This document shows, in pieces, positions 37,404 through 48,362 of a stretch of 48,362 bases of DNA. How positions within the stretch are numbered: position 1 is the stretch's first letter; the number at the start of each line of letters is the position of its first letter. The stretch lies in NCBI RefSeq assembly GCF_001194135.2, contig NC_068982.1, positions 138,712,461 through 138,760,822 on the forward strand, in the 5' to 3' direction. The notes below the pieces were generated by a model. It was not told where the DNA came from and ran no database searches. It was given only the letters and a program-made list of their open reading frames with translations. The position numbers and the translations under genes were made by a program. Source of the stretch: Octopus bimaculoides. Lineage: Eukaryota.

Positions 37404-38329
37404 GCTGTCTTTCTCTCTAACAGATGCGCTTATTTGCACACGCACATATATGTACATCAATGCATGCATGTATGTATGTTTATGTGTGTTGTGTGTGTAG
37501 ATGTGTATGCCTAGATGTGTGTGTGTGTATAGTGAAAATGAAATGAAAATAAATGAAGGAAGCTAATTTAATTAGGATTTTTCGAGAAACAGTGAAGTCA
37601 AACTAATTAAGTTACGTCAATACATACACATATATATACTCGAACATACATACATGCATACACACACACCTATATATATATATATATATATNNNNNNNNN
37701 NNNNNNNNNNNNNNNNNNNNNNNNNNNNNNNNNNNNNNNNNNNNNNNNNNNNNNNNNNNNNNNNNNNNNNNNNNNNNNNNNNNNNNNNNNNNNNNNNNNN
37801 NNNNNNNNNNNNNNNNNNNNNNNNNNNNNNNNNNNNNNNNNNNNNNNNNNNNNNNNNNNNNNNNNNNNNNNNNNNNNNNNNNNNNNNNNNNNNNNNNNNN
37901 NNNNNNNNNNNNNNNNNNNNNNNNNNGTATGTATATATATATGTATATATATATATAGGTGTTTGTGGGTGTGTCTATATTTATACGTATATGCATATGT
38001 GTTTTGTGTGAGTGTGCATGCGTGTGAGCGTAGGTGTGTATATATATATGTGTATACGTGTGTATGTATGTATGTATGTATGTATGTATGTATGTATGGT
38101 TCAGAATTAGATTTTTTGTTAAGAAGTGCGCTTGGAAAACACAGGTTCACATGCAACGCGTGTCAGGTATGTTCTGGCAGGTACATTCTTCTAAAGCCGC
38201 GTGAATTACTTTGATAGACGGAAGATGTGCGTAAGCCACCACCGCGGCGTGGAGCAGCATGTTGAAGAGTTTTAGTCAAACGAATCCATCGCAGGGCTTG
38301 TTTTATTGTAAGGGGTCTATGTTGCTGAA

Positions 38330-38420
38330 CCTCAAAATTACGGGGATGTAAACAAACCAACACCGGTTACCTATCGATGGCGAGAGTCAAAAACAAGCAC
38401 ACACACAAACACACAAACAT
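38330..38420 (-). mobile_element. SINE family C 3'-half fragment
   Basis: Reverse complement gtgtgcttgtttttgac...ccatcgataggtaaccggtgttggtttgtttacatccccgtaa. Confidence 0.6.
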
Positions 38421-38425
38421 ATGTA

Positions 38426-38950
38426 TTGGGTCATGCCATAAATAATGTGGTTTTTAAATACCTCTTTTTATTTTTCAAAATTAAGATAAACAAAGTTCTT
38501 TCTGAAAATAGAAATAATACATTTCTAAATCTCTCACAGAGATTTATGCAGTAGCAACACGATGAAATTCTAAATAACAGTAGCATTATCCCCTTTCATG
38601 GGATTGTCACATTAAGTTGACAACATACAATCACTTTAAAGTTCTTTCTTTTTCCCTCTTCCAAAATCCACTTGTCGGTGACGAAAAATACTCCTCCAGT
38701 ACTGTTGTGACCTCGTCTACAGAATTCATATTTTTTCCGTCGAAATGACTTTGAAGACTGCAGAATAAATGATAATCAGATGGGGCAATGTCCGGCGAAT
38801 ATGGTTGGTGGGGCATCATTTCCCATTCAAACTGCTGCAGCGTTTGGAATGTCATCCTGGCAGTATGTGGTCGAACATTGTCCTGACGGCTGACCACCTT
38901 TCGTATTGAAACCAAAGATGATCGATTTTCTTCCAGCGCTGACTTGAATG
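38426..38950 (-). mobile_element. Mariner (DD34D) catalytic-domain fragment plus a mariner-type end
   Basis: ORF 38631-39005 contains RQDNVRPHTA and HQPYSPDIAPSDYHLF; TA followed by ttgggtcatgccataaataatg TIR-like end at 38426. Confidence 0.85.
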
Positions 38951-38974
38951 ATGGGGTGAATGACCAAATCCAAT

Positions 38975-39940
38975 CTTCTCTGCTAGGCAAGTACTTAAAT
39001 ATCAACCAGAACTATTAGAAGAAGACTTGTAGAGTACGGTCTGAAAGGCTGTAAACCAGCAAGAAGCCATGGGTTTCTGAAGCGAATATGGAAAAACGTC
39101 TTCAGTGGGCCAAAAATTACTCAACTTGGACCAGTGTGCAATGGTCGAAAGTCATATGGTCTGATGAAAGTAACTATGAGGTAAGATAGTATATGTATTC
39201 AATCAAAATATAAACTTAATGTAACTGGTTTGTTGCCCAAAATATATAAAAAAAAGCATCCAACATAAAGCTAATATAATTTTTCATGTTTTTACCTAGG
39301 TTTTCAGTACATCTGGCGCAACCTTCGTGGATTGCAGAGTTGGGGAAGCATTTAAGGCTGAAGTGTGGTACCAACCGTAAAGAAAAGGGGTGGTTCTATC
39401 ATGGTTTCGGTCTGAATATCTGCCACAGGACCCGGGGAAATGCTTTTATGCCAAGGAAGGATGAATTCAGCTACCTATGTTTCTATGTTATCAGATATTT
39501 TAGAGACATCAAGTGCTAAATTGCATCCAGGAGTATCGAAAAGCAGTGTTGTCTTTCAACAGGACAACACTCCATGTCAAGAATACTCGTCAGTGGTTTG
39601 AGACACAGGGTATTGTTCCCATGGACTGGCCAGCTCAAAGCCCCGATCTAAATCCGATCGAACACCTATGGGGAACTCTTGGTGAAGCTATCAGGAACAC
39701 AATAATTAAAAATAAAGAGGAGAATGGAGTAAAATTGCGCCCAGCACCTGCAAGAAAGTAGCTGATTCAATGCCTAACCGTATAAAAGCGGTAATTGATG
39801 CTAAAGAAGGGTCAACCAGATATTAAAACTAATGTATATTGTGAAATATACCATAATCTACCATGTGCACGAGTTTCATTAACATTAAGATAGCAGACCC
39901 CCAAAACATTGGGGTGACCTAATACTTTTGGCCAAGGCTG
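38975..39940 (+). mobile_element. Tc1-family (DD34E) transposon, 5'-truncated pseudogene with a 119-nt intron
   Basis: TRTIRRRLVEYGLKG...WSKVIWSDESNYE | VFSTSG...FQQDN...WPAQSPDLNPIEHLW...SMPNRIKAVIDAKEGSTRY*; right TIR aatacttttggccaaggctg. Confidence 0.9.
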
Positions 39941-40320
39941 CATACACACACNNNNNNNNNNNNNNNNNNNNNNNNNNNNNNNNNNNNNNNNNNNNNNNNN
40001 NNNNNNNNNNNNNNNNNNNNNNNNNNNNNNNNNNNNNNNNNNNNNNNNNNNNNNNNNNNNNNNNNNNNNNNNNNNNNNNNNNNNNNNNNNNNNNNNNNNN
40101 NNNNNNNNNNNNNNNNNNNNNNNNNNNNNNNNNNNNNNNNNNNNNNNNNNNNNNNNNNNNNNNNNNNNNNNNNNNNNNNNNNNNNNNNNNNNNNNNNNNN
40201 NNNNNNNNNNNNNNNNNNNNNNNNNNNNNNNNNNNNNNNNNNNNNNNNNNNNNNNNNNNNNNNNNNNNNNNNNNNNNNNNNNNNNNNNNNNNNNATATGT
40301 ATGTATATGTGTATACGTGT

Positions 40321-40527
40321 GTTTGTGTCTGTGTCTTTGTGTTTGTTCCCCCACCATCGCTTGACAACCGATGTTGGTGTTTTTATGTCCCCGTAACTTA
40401 TCGGTTCGGCAAAAGAGACTGATAGAATAAGTACTAGGATTACAGAGAATAAATCCTGGAGTCGATTTGTTCTACTAAAGGCGATGCTCCAGCATGGCCG
40501 CAGTCAAATGACCGAAAGAATAAAAGA

Positions 40528-40529
<2 letters not shown>
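40321..40529 (+). mobile_element. SINE family C 3' half
   Basis: Near-consensus tail ending ggcgatgctccagcatggccgcagtcaaatgaccgaaagaataaaagaat, followed by (ATCT)n. Confidence 0.85.
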
Positions 40530-40579
<50 letters not shown>

Positions 40580-40750
40580 GTCTATATATATTGATATGGC
40601 GAGAGAGAGAGAGAAATATATATAGAGTGTAAGTAAGCGATAGATAAATAGATTAGATAAGGCAGAAAGGAATATACGAGCTAGTGAGGTAGAGTGAGTT
40701 AGAGAGAGAGAGAGAGGGAGATAGAGGAAGAGAGAGAGAAACAGAGAGAA

Positions 40751-40815
<65 letters not shown>

Positions 40816-41214
40816 AAAACTGGTGTTTATGTGTGTGTATTTCGCAAACGTCATAACTGCAATATACCCTCTCCCACCCACCGTCTACGCGTATTACGAA
40901 AGCAGATTGCATCAGACTGTGGAAGAAAATAACAGCCAAAAACAAAGACAAAAAAATCAATTATTAAATAATAATATATGCATAATCAAAAGAAATCGAT
41001 TATTCTACTGATTTCTTTTCATTAAAATAGCTAATATTGATTTCTGTCATCAGCAAAAAAGTTTCGAATCTGTAAGGGTGATTTATTATCGATTTTATCG
41101 ACCCCCGCCCCGTACAAAACTAATGATTATTTTATTGACCCGTAAGTAGGACAAATTAGAATCTGATCAGCAGGTAGAGTGACGAAATTAATTACTGTAA
41201 TTCAATTAGTCCCG

Positions 41215-41360
41215 TTAATTACAAATATGGTCGGTGGAGCACCATCGGTTTCGATGATGAGTGCCGTTGCGTGAATAACTGAATTCCTATACGTTAAATT
41301 AACTCATTGGCAGCTGAGTATTCCGAAGTATTACGTGTGTCCTTAATGAAAGTTTTCGGT
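41215..41360 (-). mobile_element. Possible SINE family B tail, highly diverged
   Basis: Reverse complement aaggacacacgt...ggaatactcagc...ctcatcatcgaaaccgatggtgctcc resembles 11570-11680. Confidence 0.4.
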
Positions 41361-41774
41361 TCAGTTAACATTATGTATATTATTTATGATGTACATTATT
41401 TAATATACCTATATTTTTCTATGTTGTTCACATATATATGTATCTATACCGGAAGTTGTTTACTTCCACAAAAGTAGTGGAGTACAAAATCCTCCCGCGC
41501 TACTAAAGCACGTCTCTTTACATCGTGAGATCGAATCTTGATGAGCTAAACTTTATCTTAAATTAAACCTATTATCTTAATATATCTGACCATAATCCAT
41601 ACATACATACAACCATCCGTCCATCAAAATTGGTTAATTTTCAATGTGACTGATTTTATAACATTTATTTCTTATTTTGTTCCTATTATTCTGTATTTTT
41701 TCTTTTTTTGAGATGAGGAATTATTTACATTATTTACAATGGATAGAAAGGTATCCTCATTTTGTGTGTTGTTA

Positions 41775-41818
41775 TCACAACGTTTCGGCTGATTTACTCT
41801 CCAGCCTTCATCAGATGT
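41775..41818 (-). ncRNA. Minimal type I hammerhead motif with intact core
   Basis: ACAU-CUGAUGA-A-GGCUG-GAGAGUAAAU-CAGCC-GAAA-CGUU-GUGA. Confidence 0.65.
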
Positions 41819-41852
41819 TCCGATGAAGGGATGGATCCGAAACTCCACCAGA

Positions 41853-41896
41853 ACACCTGGTGAAGGCTGGAGAGTACACCAGTCGAAACGTTGTGG
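41853..41896 (+). ncRNA. Minimal type I hammerhead motif with an A6G change
   Basis: ACAC-CUGGUGA-A-GGCUG-GAGAGUACAC-CAGUC-GAAA-CGUU-GUGG. Confidence 0.5.
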
Positions 41897-42514
41897 TAAC
41901 AACAAACAAAATGAGGACACTTATCCATCCATTGTAAACAATGTTCCTTTGTTCCTTGTTATTACAGTTTTCCCTTAATATGTCTAAAAACCAGCAGGAG
42001 GGCATAAACTCCTCAAAATATGGTAGCGGCATCGACAATTTGCGTTTATTGCATTCACAGAAAGTAGAGACTATTTCAGAAAATATTAAGGGAATAAATA
42101 AAATTCTAGCAAATTCTGTTTTAGAAATGTATTCTTTAGTATCTTTTAAATATAATTCCGTTCTTTGCATTTCATTGTTTATAATATGCCGTAAGTATTG
42201 ACGTACAGTAAACAAGTTACATATCTCCATGGAGTAGACTAGAGATATATAATGATCGTATCTTCGGTGATGATCGTAAAACAAAAGAAATTGAATGATT
42301 ACAACCGTTATTGATCATTGATGTTTTTTTTTTCTATATTTTAGTGAATTGAGAACCGTTAAAGATTACGAAGGAAAGGAAAATAAAGACAAACAAGGAT
42401 TCAGTAAAGTGGTTGGAGGGGGATCCCTGTTCAAAGGAATGTCTGACAGTATTTGGTATTATTAAATTTCACATCGATGTTATACCGATGCGTCATTAAA
42501 AAAACGAGTTTGCT

Positions 42515-42600
42515 TCCATCCATCCATCCATCCCTCCATCCCTCCATCCATCCGTTCGCCCATTCGTCCATCCATCCATCCATCCATCCATCCATCCATC
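42515..42600. repeat. (CCAT)n microsatellite
   Basis: Direct reading. Confidence 0.95.
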
Positions 42601-43986
42601 CACCACACATACATATGCATGTGTGTGTACATGTGTACACATTCCACTGTATACCGTATAATTACATGTGTGTTTACACGCATGTCTGCAGAACGGCAGC
42701 CCAGCTTCATTCATCAGAATTTTTGTCTGTGAAATTGATATTAGATTTTAATAATAGAATTTTACGCCATGTATTGCAGTCCTCCCTCGGCCAGCAGTTG
42801 TCGAGATTTTTTTGCAAATATCATGGTATTCATCTGCGATCATCTTGGATTTCAAATGGCTTCTCCAATAATATTGGTAACAATCGTATTCTTAGGATAT
42901 GCAGTTGAAGAGAAAGCTAAGCATGGCTGTCTCAGTACAACGAAAAAGACAGAAACGAACATTTATTAATTTTAATACTGTCATCGGCGCCGCACTGTCC
43001 CTAGTAGAGGATATAACAGAACGGCCCAGTTCTTTAAGAGTAAGATAGAATCCGCAAATACGGTGTTCTTTAATGCTGTCATTAATGGTAATAATAAATA
43101 ATTGATATAGTTCTGGCTATCGACAGAGAATCCACATATTTTCCAACATGGCCATCTAACAGTAAGAGGTTAATGTTTAATAAAATGGTAAATAAGGACA
43201 CAATAAAATCAAATTAATATCTATCGGGAAATGAAATCATCGTTCACACTTTCTCCTATTCAGCTTTATACCTCATACACTCTGTCACTCTTTGAGCACA
43301 AATCTTTTAAGCTTGCAAAGCTCATTCTATGGTCTTCGGCCACGATAGTACAACATTGACAACGTGACTCTCCTTTCAATTCCATCACAATCTCTTTAGA
43401 GATGACTGAAAAGTGAATGAATTTCGTTATAGATTTTTAGAACGACATTTACACAGCTATAAGATGACTTTCAATTCACTTTGTAGATCGCCTATGGTTA
43501 ATCATTATTTATTTACGGTATCTGGACAGGTAGCTCCAGACAGTTAATGAAATCCAGTGTATTATATGCTCCGGCACTGCGAACTAATTAAATTGCACCA
43601 GAGTTAGTTTATGAAACGCAATTGATTTGACGTTCGTTGTAATAACACGTGTATTCGCCTGTTGAGATTATAGATAACAGTTATGATAAATCCCCAAGTC
43701 TCCAATTTAACTTGGATAAGGTGCTTACTTAATGAAACATTAAAGTTCTCATAAACACTCTACCTGTTAGTTTGTCACTTGCAGATTTCGTATTCTTCCA
43801 ATTCTTGTTTTTATCTAAAAATAACAGACAGGATAAGTATATGAAAAAAGAGTAGAACTATACATACATACTTAGTTTTTCTGTTGCTGTAGGATCGTTA
43901 AGTATGAGTGGTAAAGTGACGAAAGCATGACACTTAAAACCAATTATTATCTTCTAAAGTTAATGTCCAATAATCTCCTTCATTTG

Positions 43987-44080
43987 GCACGAGGCTAGCA
44001 ATTTTGAGGGGAGGGAAAAGTAGATTATATCGATCCCGAAAGGATGAATAGTAAATTAGACCTCGGCGGAATTTGAACTT
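43987..44080 (-). mobile_element. SINE family A deleted fragment
   Basis: cccgaaaggatgaa...gacctcggcggaatttgaact plus the aattttgagggg tail. Confidence 0.75.
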
Positions 44081-44118
44081 ACCCGGCTCTTCTGGTCACA
44101 TTTCTCCCTTCACCTGGC

Positions 44119-44158
<40 letters not shown>

Positions 44159-44441
44159 TCAATCTTTCTCCCTTTCTTCCTCTGTCTTTCTCCTTCCTTT
44201 CTTCCTTCCTTTCTTTCTCTCTTTCTCTTACCCTCCTTCCCTCCTTCCCTCCCCCCCCCTCTCTTTCTGTATAACGACCTGCCTCTATATATATATCGTT
44301 ATATTTAAAGCCCTCTCTTCGATAGCCTGGTCTCCGTCATTTCTGGCTAGTATTTTAGATAGCAGTATATGAGTAGGTTTGTATTAAATAAGTGTCATTG
44401 TTTCTGTTGGAATGTATGCAAAATATCTAACGCGGATATAT

Positions 44442-44472
<31 letters not shown>

Positions 44473-44877
44473 ACATACACATATATAACATAAGTTTATG
44501 AAACTTATGGCGAGGGGGAAAACAAATTTTCTTGCTCCGGTTACATTGTGGTGCTCAGATAAGAGGGTTCCATTTTCCATGTTTCTTTTGGTTTCATTTT
44601 ATTCTGATGATGAATATTTGCCACACTTTCACGGAGTTATATGTGCTTCCAAACTCACAGTAGTAATTAATTCACTTCATATTTTCAGACTTGGACTTTC
44701 CTTCGTACTAAGCATGTGAAATGTATGACTATCATAGCTGTATGTCTATCGGCAAAGCTGGCAGAAAGCGGTCCAAGGGTTGGTGCACCGACGCACTGTT
44801 ACAGAGATGGAATTCACGTATTAATGGGAGATGGGGTTTAGGTGTGGGTGCGAGTGAAGTATAGGCATTGAGCGTAT

Positions 44878-44903
44878 GGGTTAGGGTTAGGGTTAGGGTT
44901 AGG
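44878..44903 (+). repeat. Short interstitial (TTAGGG)n tract, about 4 units
   Basis: gggttagggttagggttagggttagg. Confidence 0.85.
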
Positions 44904-45051
44904 TGTGTGGATATATGTCGGGTAGGGAATTTGGAATGGGGTATCGGATAATTAATACCAGGAGATACATATACAATGAATGTTTCCGAAACCATTACGT
45001 TACACAAGGCCGCGAATCGACCCGATAGTGGGGCCGAAGGTCTGAAAGGTG

Positions 45052-45116
45052 CCCTTTCCTGAAAAGGGCCCTTTCATGAGCCAGCCTGAACGCCGCTTGA
45101 AGGGCGGCTACAAGGC

Positions 45117-45158
<42 letters not shown>

Positions 45159-45237
45159 CAACGGTTCTCCCTTTCCTGAAAGGTGCCCTTTCAGGAGCCA
45201 GCCTGACCGCCGCCTGAAGGGCGGCTCCGAGGCTAGT
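45052..45237 (+). mobile_element. Two tandem Helitron-type 3' termini, 117-bp period
   Basis: GC hairpin gccgc(c/t)tgaagggcggc 7 nt upstream of CTAG followed by T, at 45116-45120 and 45233-45237. Confidence 0.6.
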
Positions 45238-45297
45238 ATATATATCATAACGGTTATCCAGCATGCCAACGGCTGTGGCTGAAATGAGTAAGATTAA

Positions 45298-45352
<55 letters not shown>

Positions 45353-45489
45353 TACTTATGAAGATATAAATATGTGTATGTGTATGTGTGTGTGTGTCTC
45401 TGTGTGTGTGTGTATTATAAAAAGTATATCGTTTTGCAACAAACTACGGGTAGTTTCATAATGCGAAGTAGATAAATGGCTTAGCTTAA

Positions 45490-45576
45490 ATCGAGCAGTC
45501 GCCATCTAACTCCGCAATCATCAGGCTTTCTTTGAACGAAACTGATAATTGCCGAGTATGATGGCGACTGCTTGAT
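45490..45576 (+). other. 87-nt fold-back: 35-bp ungapped stem, pri-miRNA-like or relic of an inverted repeat
   Basis: Base-by-base pairing of 45490-45524 with 45542-45576 gives 4 mismatches and 1 G-U; 17-nt loop. Confidence 0.5.
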
Positions 45577-45728
45577 CAGAGTCGAGCCAGATATCTTCCT
45601 CTCATCATGAAATTTAATGCAATTTGTTATAAATACAATGATGTATATTAGATATCATTAATTCTCAAATAGTTTGGATGCTGTGTTTAGCTGAACATAT
45701 CAGAAACTGTAGAACAGGCTATATTTAT

Positions 45729-46459
45729 TATCTTTTACTTGTTTCAATTATTATTAGACTACGGCCACGCTGGGGCAACGCCTTTTAGTCCAACGAATCA
45801 ACATCAGTACTTATTATATATATTCTTTTATCTTTTAACGTGTTTCAGTCATTTGACTGCGGCCATGCTGGAGCACTGCCTTTAGTCGCAGAAATCGACC
45901 ACGGACGTAAACATACCAAAGTCGGTTGTCAAATGATACTGGTGGGACAAACACAGACACACAAATACATACAGACACTCCTGCGCCTGGAGTAGATAGA
46001 CAGCCGGCAACTGATGAGGAGTCCTTTCTCTATGTTGACATGTCCTGTTTTCCATTTTTTCCTCGTTGTCCACGTATTTCACTTGTTTCCCCCTCTTTTG
46101 TTTATGTATTTCTTGTTATTTGCGCCGTTGGTCATGTCCTGTACCCATCTATACATGTATGNNNNNNNNNNNNNNNNNNNNNNNNNNNNNNNNNNNNNNN
46201 NNNNNNNNNNNNNNNNNNNNNNNNNNNNNNNNNNNNNNNNNNNNNNNNNNNNNNNNNNNNNNNNNNNNNNNNNNNNNNNNNNNNNNNNNNNNNNNNNNNN
46301 NNNNNNNNNNNNNNNNNNNNNNNNNNNNNNNNNNNNNNNNNNNNNNNNNNNNNNNNNNNNNNNNNNNNNNNNNNNNNNNNNNNNNNNNNNNNNNNNNNNN
46401 NNNNNNNNNNNNNNNNNNNNNNNNNNNNNNNNNNNNNNNNNNNNNNNNNNNNNNNNNNN

Positions 46460-46532
<73 letters not shown>

Positions 46533-46698
46533 CGCGCACATACGACAGGTTTCTTTGAGTTTCCGTCTACCAAATCCACTCACAGTGCTTGGACAGTCCA
46601 AGGCTATAATAGAGCACATTTGCCCAAAGGGCCACGCAGTGGGACTGAATTCGGAACCACGTGGTTGGGAAACAAACTTTGTACCACACAGTCAAGCC
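45729..46698 (-). mobile_element. SINE family C interrupted by a gap and a ~180-bp foreign segment, plus a second tail in tandem
   Basis: Head 46698-46540; (TG)n; gap; insert ~46160-45975; tail 45970-45821; extra tail 45790-45729. Confidence 0.75.
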
Positions 46699-46839
46699 GT
46701 ATGTATGTGTGTGTGTGAGTATATGTGTATTACATGGATTTTGTACAAACGCTTATCTGTACATTTCTCTTTATGTATCTAAGTATCCTCCTGTGTATTT
46801 ATCTATTTAATAAGAATTTACAAAAAAAAAAAAACTAAA

Positions 46840-46990
46840 AACAAAAACAAAAGACGAGACGGGTGTGTAAACAACAAACAGATGTATTAATTTAACACTC
46901 GTGAAGTGAGAAAGTTTTTTTACGTTTCGAGCCTACACTCTTCAACAGAAAGGAACACAAAAATAAACAGGGAGAGAAAATAAAAAGGTT
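46840..46990 (-). mobile_element. Family H2 repeat, copy 2
   Basis: Similar to 2462-2615. Confidence 0.6.
46917..46952 (-). ncRNA. Hammerhead-variant motif with an A6U core (H2)
   Basis: CUUU-CUGUUGA-A-GAGU-GUAG-GCUC-GAAA-CGU-A-AAAA. Confidence 0.4.
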
Positions 46991-47015
46991 TTGGTGGTTT
47001 GTGATCTATCAACTA

Positions 47016-47397
47016 CAGGGTGATTCAAAAGTCGCCATACATTGGAACAATTTTTTTTATAAGAAACATCTTATAAGACCAGTTTTATTTATTTATTTAT
47101 TTATTTATTTAATAGGCTCTAAATGGTTACCATTGTTTTGAATACACATTGCAATACGTTTACCCCACTCATTGTGAACTCGTAATAGCACATCTGGTGA
47201 TACGTGTGCAAAGGAGTTGGCGATGCGTTCCTTCAAATGATTTGTCTTTTATCTTTCCGCGATACACCATGCCTTTCAAATATCCCCAAAGGCAGAAATC
47301 AAGAGGGGTCAGATCAGGGGATCTGGGGGATCTTATAAATTGTTTCTTATAAAAAAAATAATTTTTTCCTATGTATAGAAACTTTTGAATCAACCTG
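47016..47397 (-). mobile_element. Second copy of the 1279-1651 Tc1/mariner derivative
   Basis: TA flanks; TIRs cagggtgattcaaaagtcgccat / acttttgaatcaacctg; minus frame RSPRSPDLTPLDFCLWGYLKGMVY. Confidence 0.92.
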
Positions 47398-47673
47398 TAT
47401 TTATTTCATGACTCTCAAGAAACCCAAATATATATATTCACGATTATCAAAGGAATAAGTTCATTTGTCACTCTCACTGATTTTCAACTAATTCTCTTTT
47501 GGAATGACCATTTACTATTGTTGTCAATGAAGGCCGTCTCTAGTTTTCTTGTATTCCCTATTTTACTACAATTCTCATAACTCTTTTGTGAGTATAGCAT
47601 GGTAAAACAGATATTGCATTTCCCTTTAAAAGTGAGAAGTTAGAGCGTTAGGAACAACATTAATAAAATAAAT

Positions 47674-47918
47674 GCGCCCCTTTAAATCCTAGCCAGGCTC
47701 ATGGGCCCGGTTTCCCGGTTTCATTGGCGTATGCGTTCCACAGCTAGACGGGATGCCAGTCCATCGAAGCATTACTCATTTTTGCCAGCTGAGTCGACTG
47801 GAGCAACGTGAAATGAAGTGTTTTGCTCAAGAGCACAACACGTCGCCCAGTCCAGGAATCGAACCCAAAATCTTAATATCATGGTGCTGACACCCTAACC
47901 ACTAAGCCACGCGCCTCC
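47674..47918 (-). mobile_element. SINE family B, tail type 2
   Basis: Head ggaggcgcgtggcttagtggttaggg and B-box gggttcgattcc; central domain as at 11371; different tail gatggactggcatcccgtc...gaaaccgggcccatgagcctggctagg. Confidence 0.85.
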
Positions 47919-48362
47919 ACATGAACAACATTCAATAAATGAATAAACTTAAACCTAGAAATCGACAGCTTAAGTAGCCGTTTCTGTTGCTAACGTTTAG
48001 TAAAGTAGACTTCACAAATATGGAAAGGAACAAGTCACCAAAAATTGGGTTCTAAGGTGTGGTGAGGTGAGAAGTTTTGTGAACTATTTTTTTTTTTTTT
48101 TTTAGTTTAGCATGAAGAGGTCAGAATACTCTTACGAGTTTTATAGGCTCTCTGGGATTAAAGAGGAAGGGTGGGATTTGCCAGGATTTGTGAGCTGTTG
48201 CATTAGAAAAGCTAAAAGTATCAAGAGTGTCAGGTAATGGTGCTAAACAGAATCATTGGCTACATCTGCACCCAGCAACCTTATAGCATCAGGCGAGATA
48301 ACTCAGTTTTTTTTTATTGAATTTCATAAAAAAAAAACTTGATCCGAAATAAGGTTATAATC

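Larger units (their letters stand above)
41710..41944. mobile_element. Palindrome of two head-less H1-related copies around a 30-bp spacer
   Basis: Arms about 41725-41820 and 41851-41944 are near reverse complements; left flank gagatgaggaattat matches the H1 end at ~28043. Confidence 0.85.

Noticed and set aside
39161-39170. CTGATGA hammerhead-like box
   Set aside because: It is the Ser-Asp-Glu codons of the Tc1 WSDES motif; no stem II or GAAAC follows.
42769-42969. 66-aa ORF with a hydrophobic stretch (MYCSPPSASS...)
   Set aside because: No recognisable homology. The ORF track labels it minus, but it reads on the + strand (ATG at 42769, TAA at 42967-42969).
44878-44903. True telomere or chromosome fusion scar
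   Set aside because: Only about 4 units in one orientation, embedded in ordinary sequence.
46011-46017. CTGATGA in the segment nested in SINE C
   Set aside because: No paired stem II or GAAA downstream; at most a PLE-like relic.

Overview
Repeat-saturated, AT-rich eukaryotic non-coding DNA (intergenic or deep intron) from a gapped assembly; most of the long N runs abut a microsatellite. The repeat families look like those of an octopus/coleoid cephalopod; this is an inference from my recollection of octopus repeats, not a search result. I found no recognisable host gene, rRNA, true tRNA or CRISPR array, and most ORF-track entries are translated microsatellites and gaps. Supported content: (1) three tRNA-headed SINE families, labelled here A, B and C, with about 25 copies or fragments; (2) Tc1/mariner remnants and MITEs with TA target sites; (3) a CR1-clade LINE 3' end whose tail is shared with SINE family C; (4) a Penelope-like GIY-YIG endonuclease remnant missed by the ORF track; (5) tandem Helitron-type 3' ends; (6) a diverged 30-bp minisatellite. 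The best leads are: a tRNA-headed retroposon carrying a minimal type I hammerhead ribozyme motif, present twice as head-to-head inverted pairs; a second hammerhead-variant family; head-to-tail SINE multimers bounded by single target-site duplications; a 35-bp pri-miRNA-like hairpin; and a Tc1 transposase with a spliceosomal intron.
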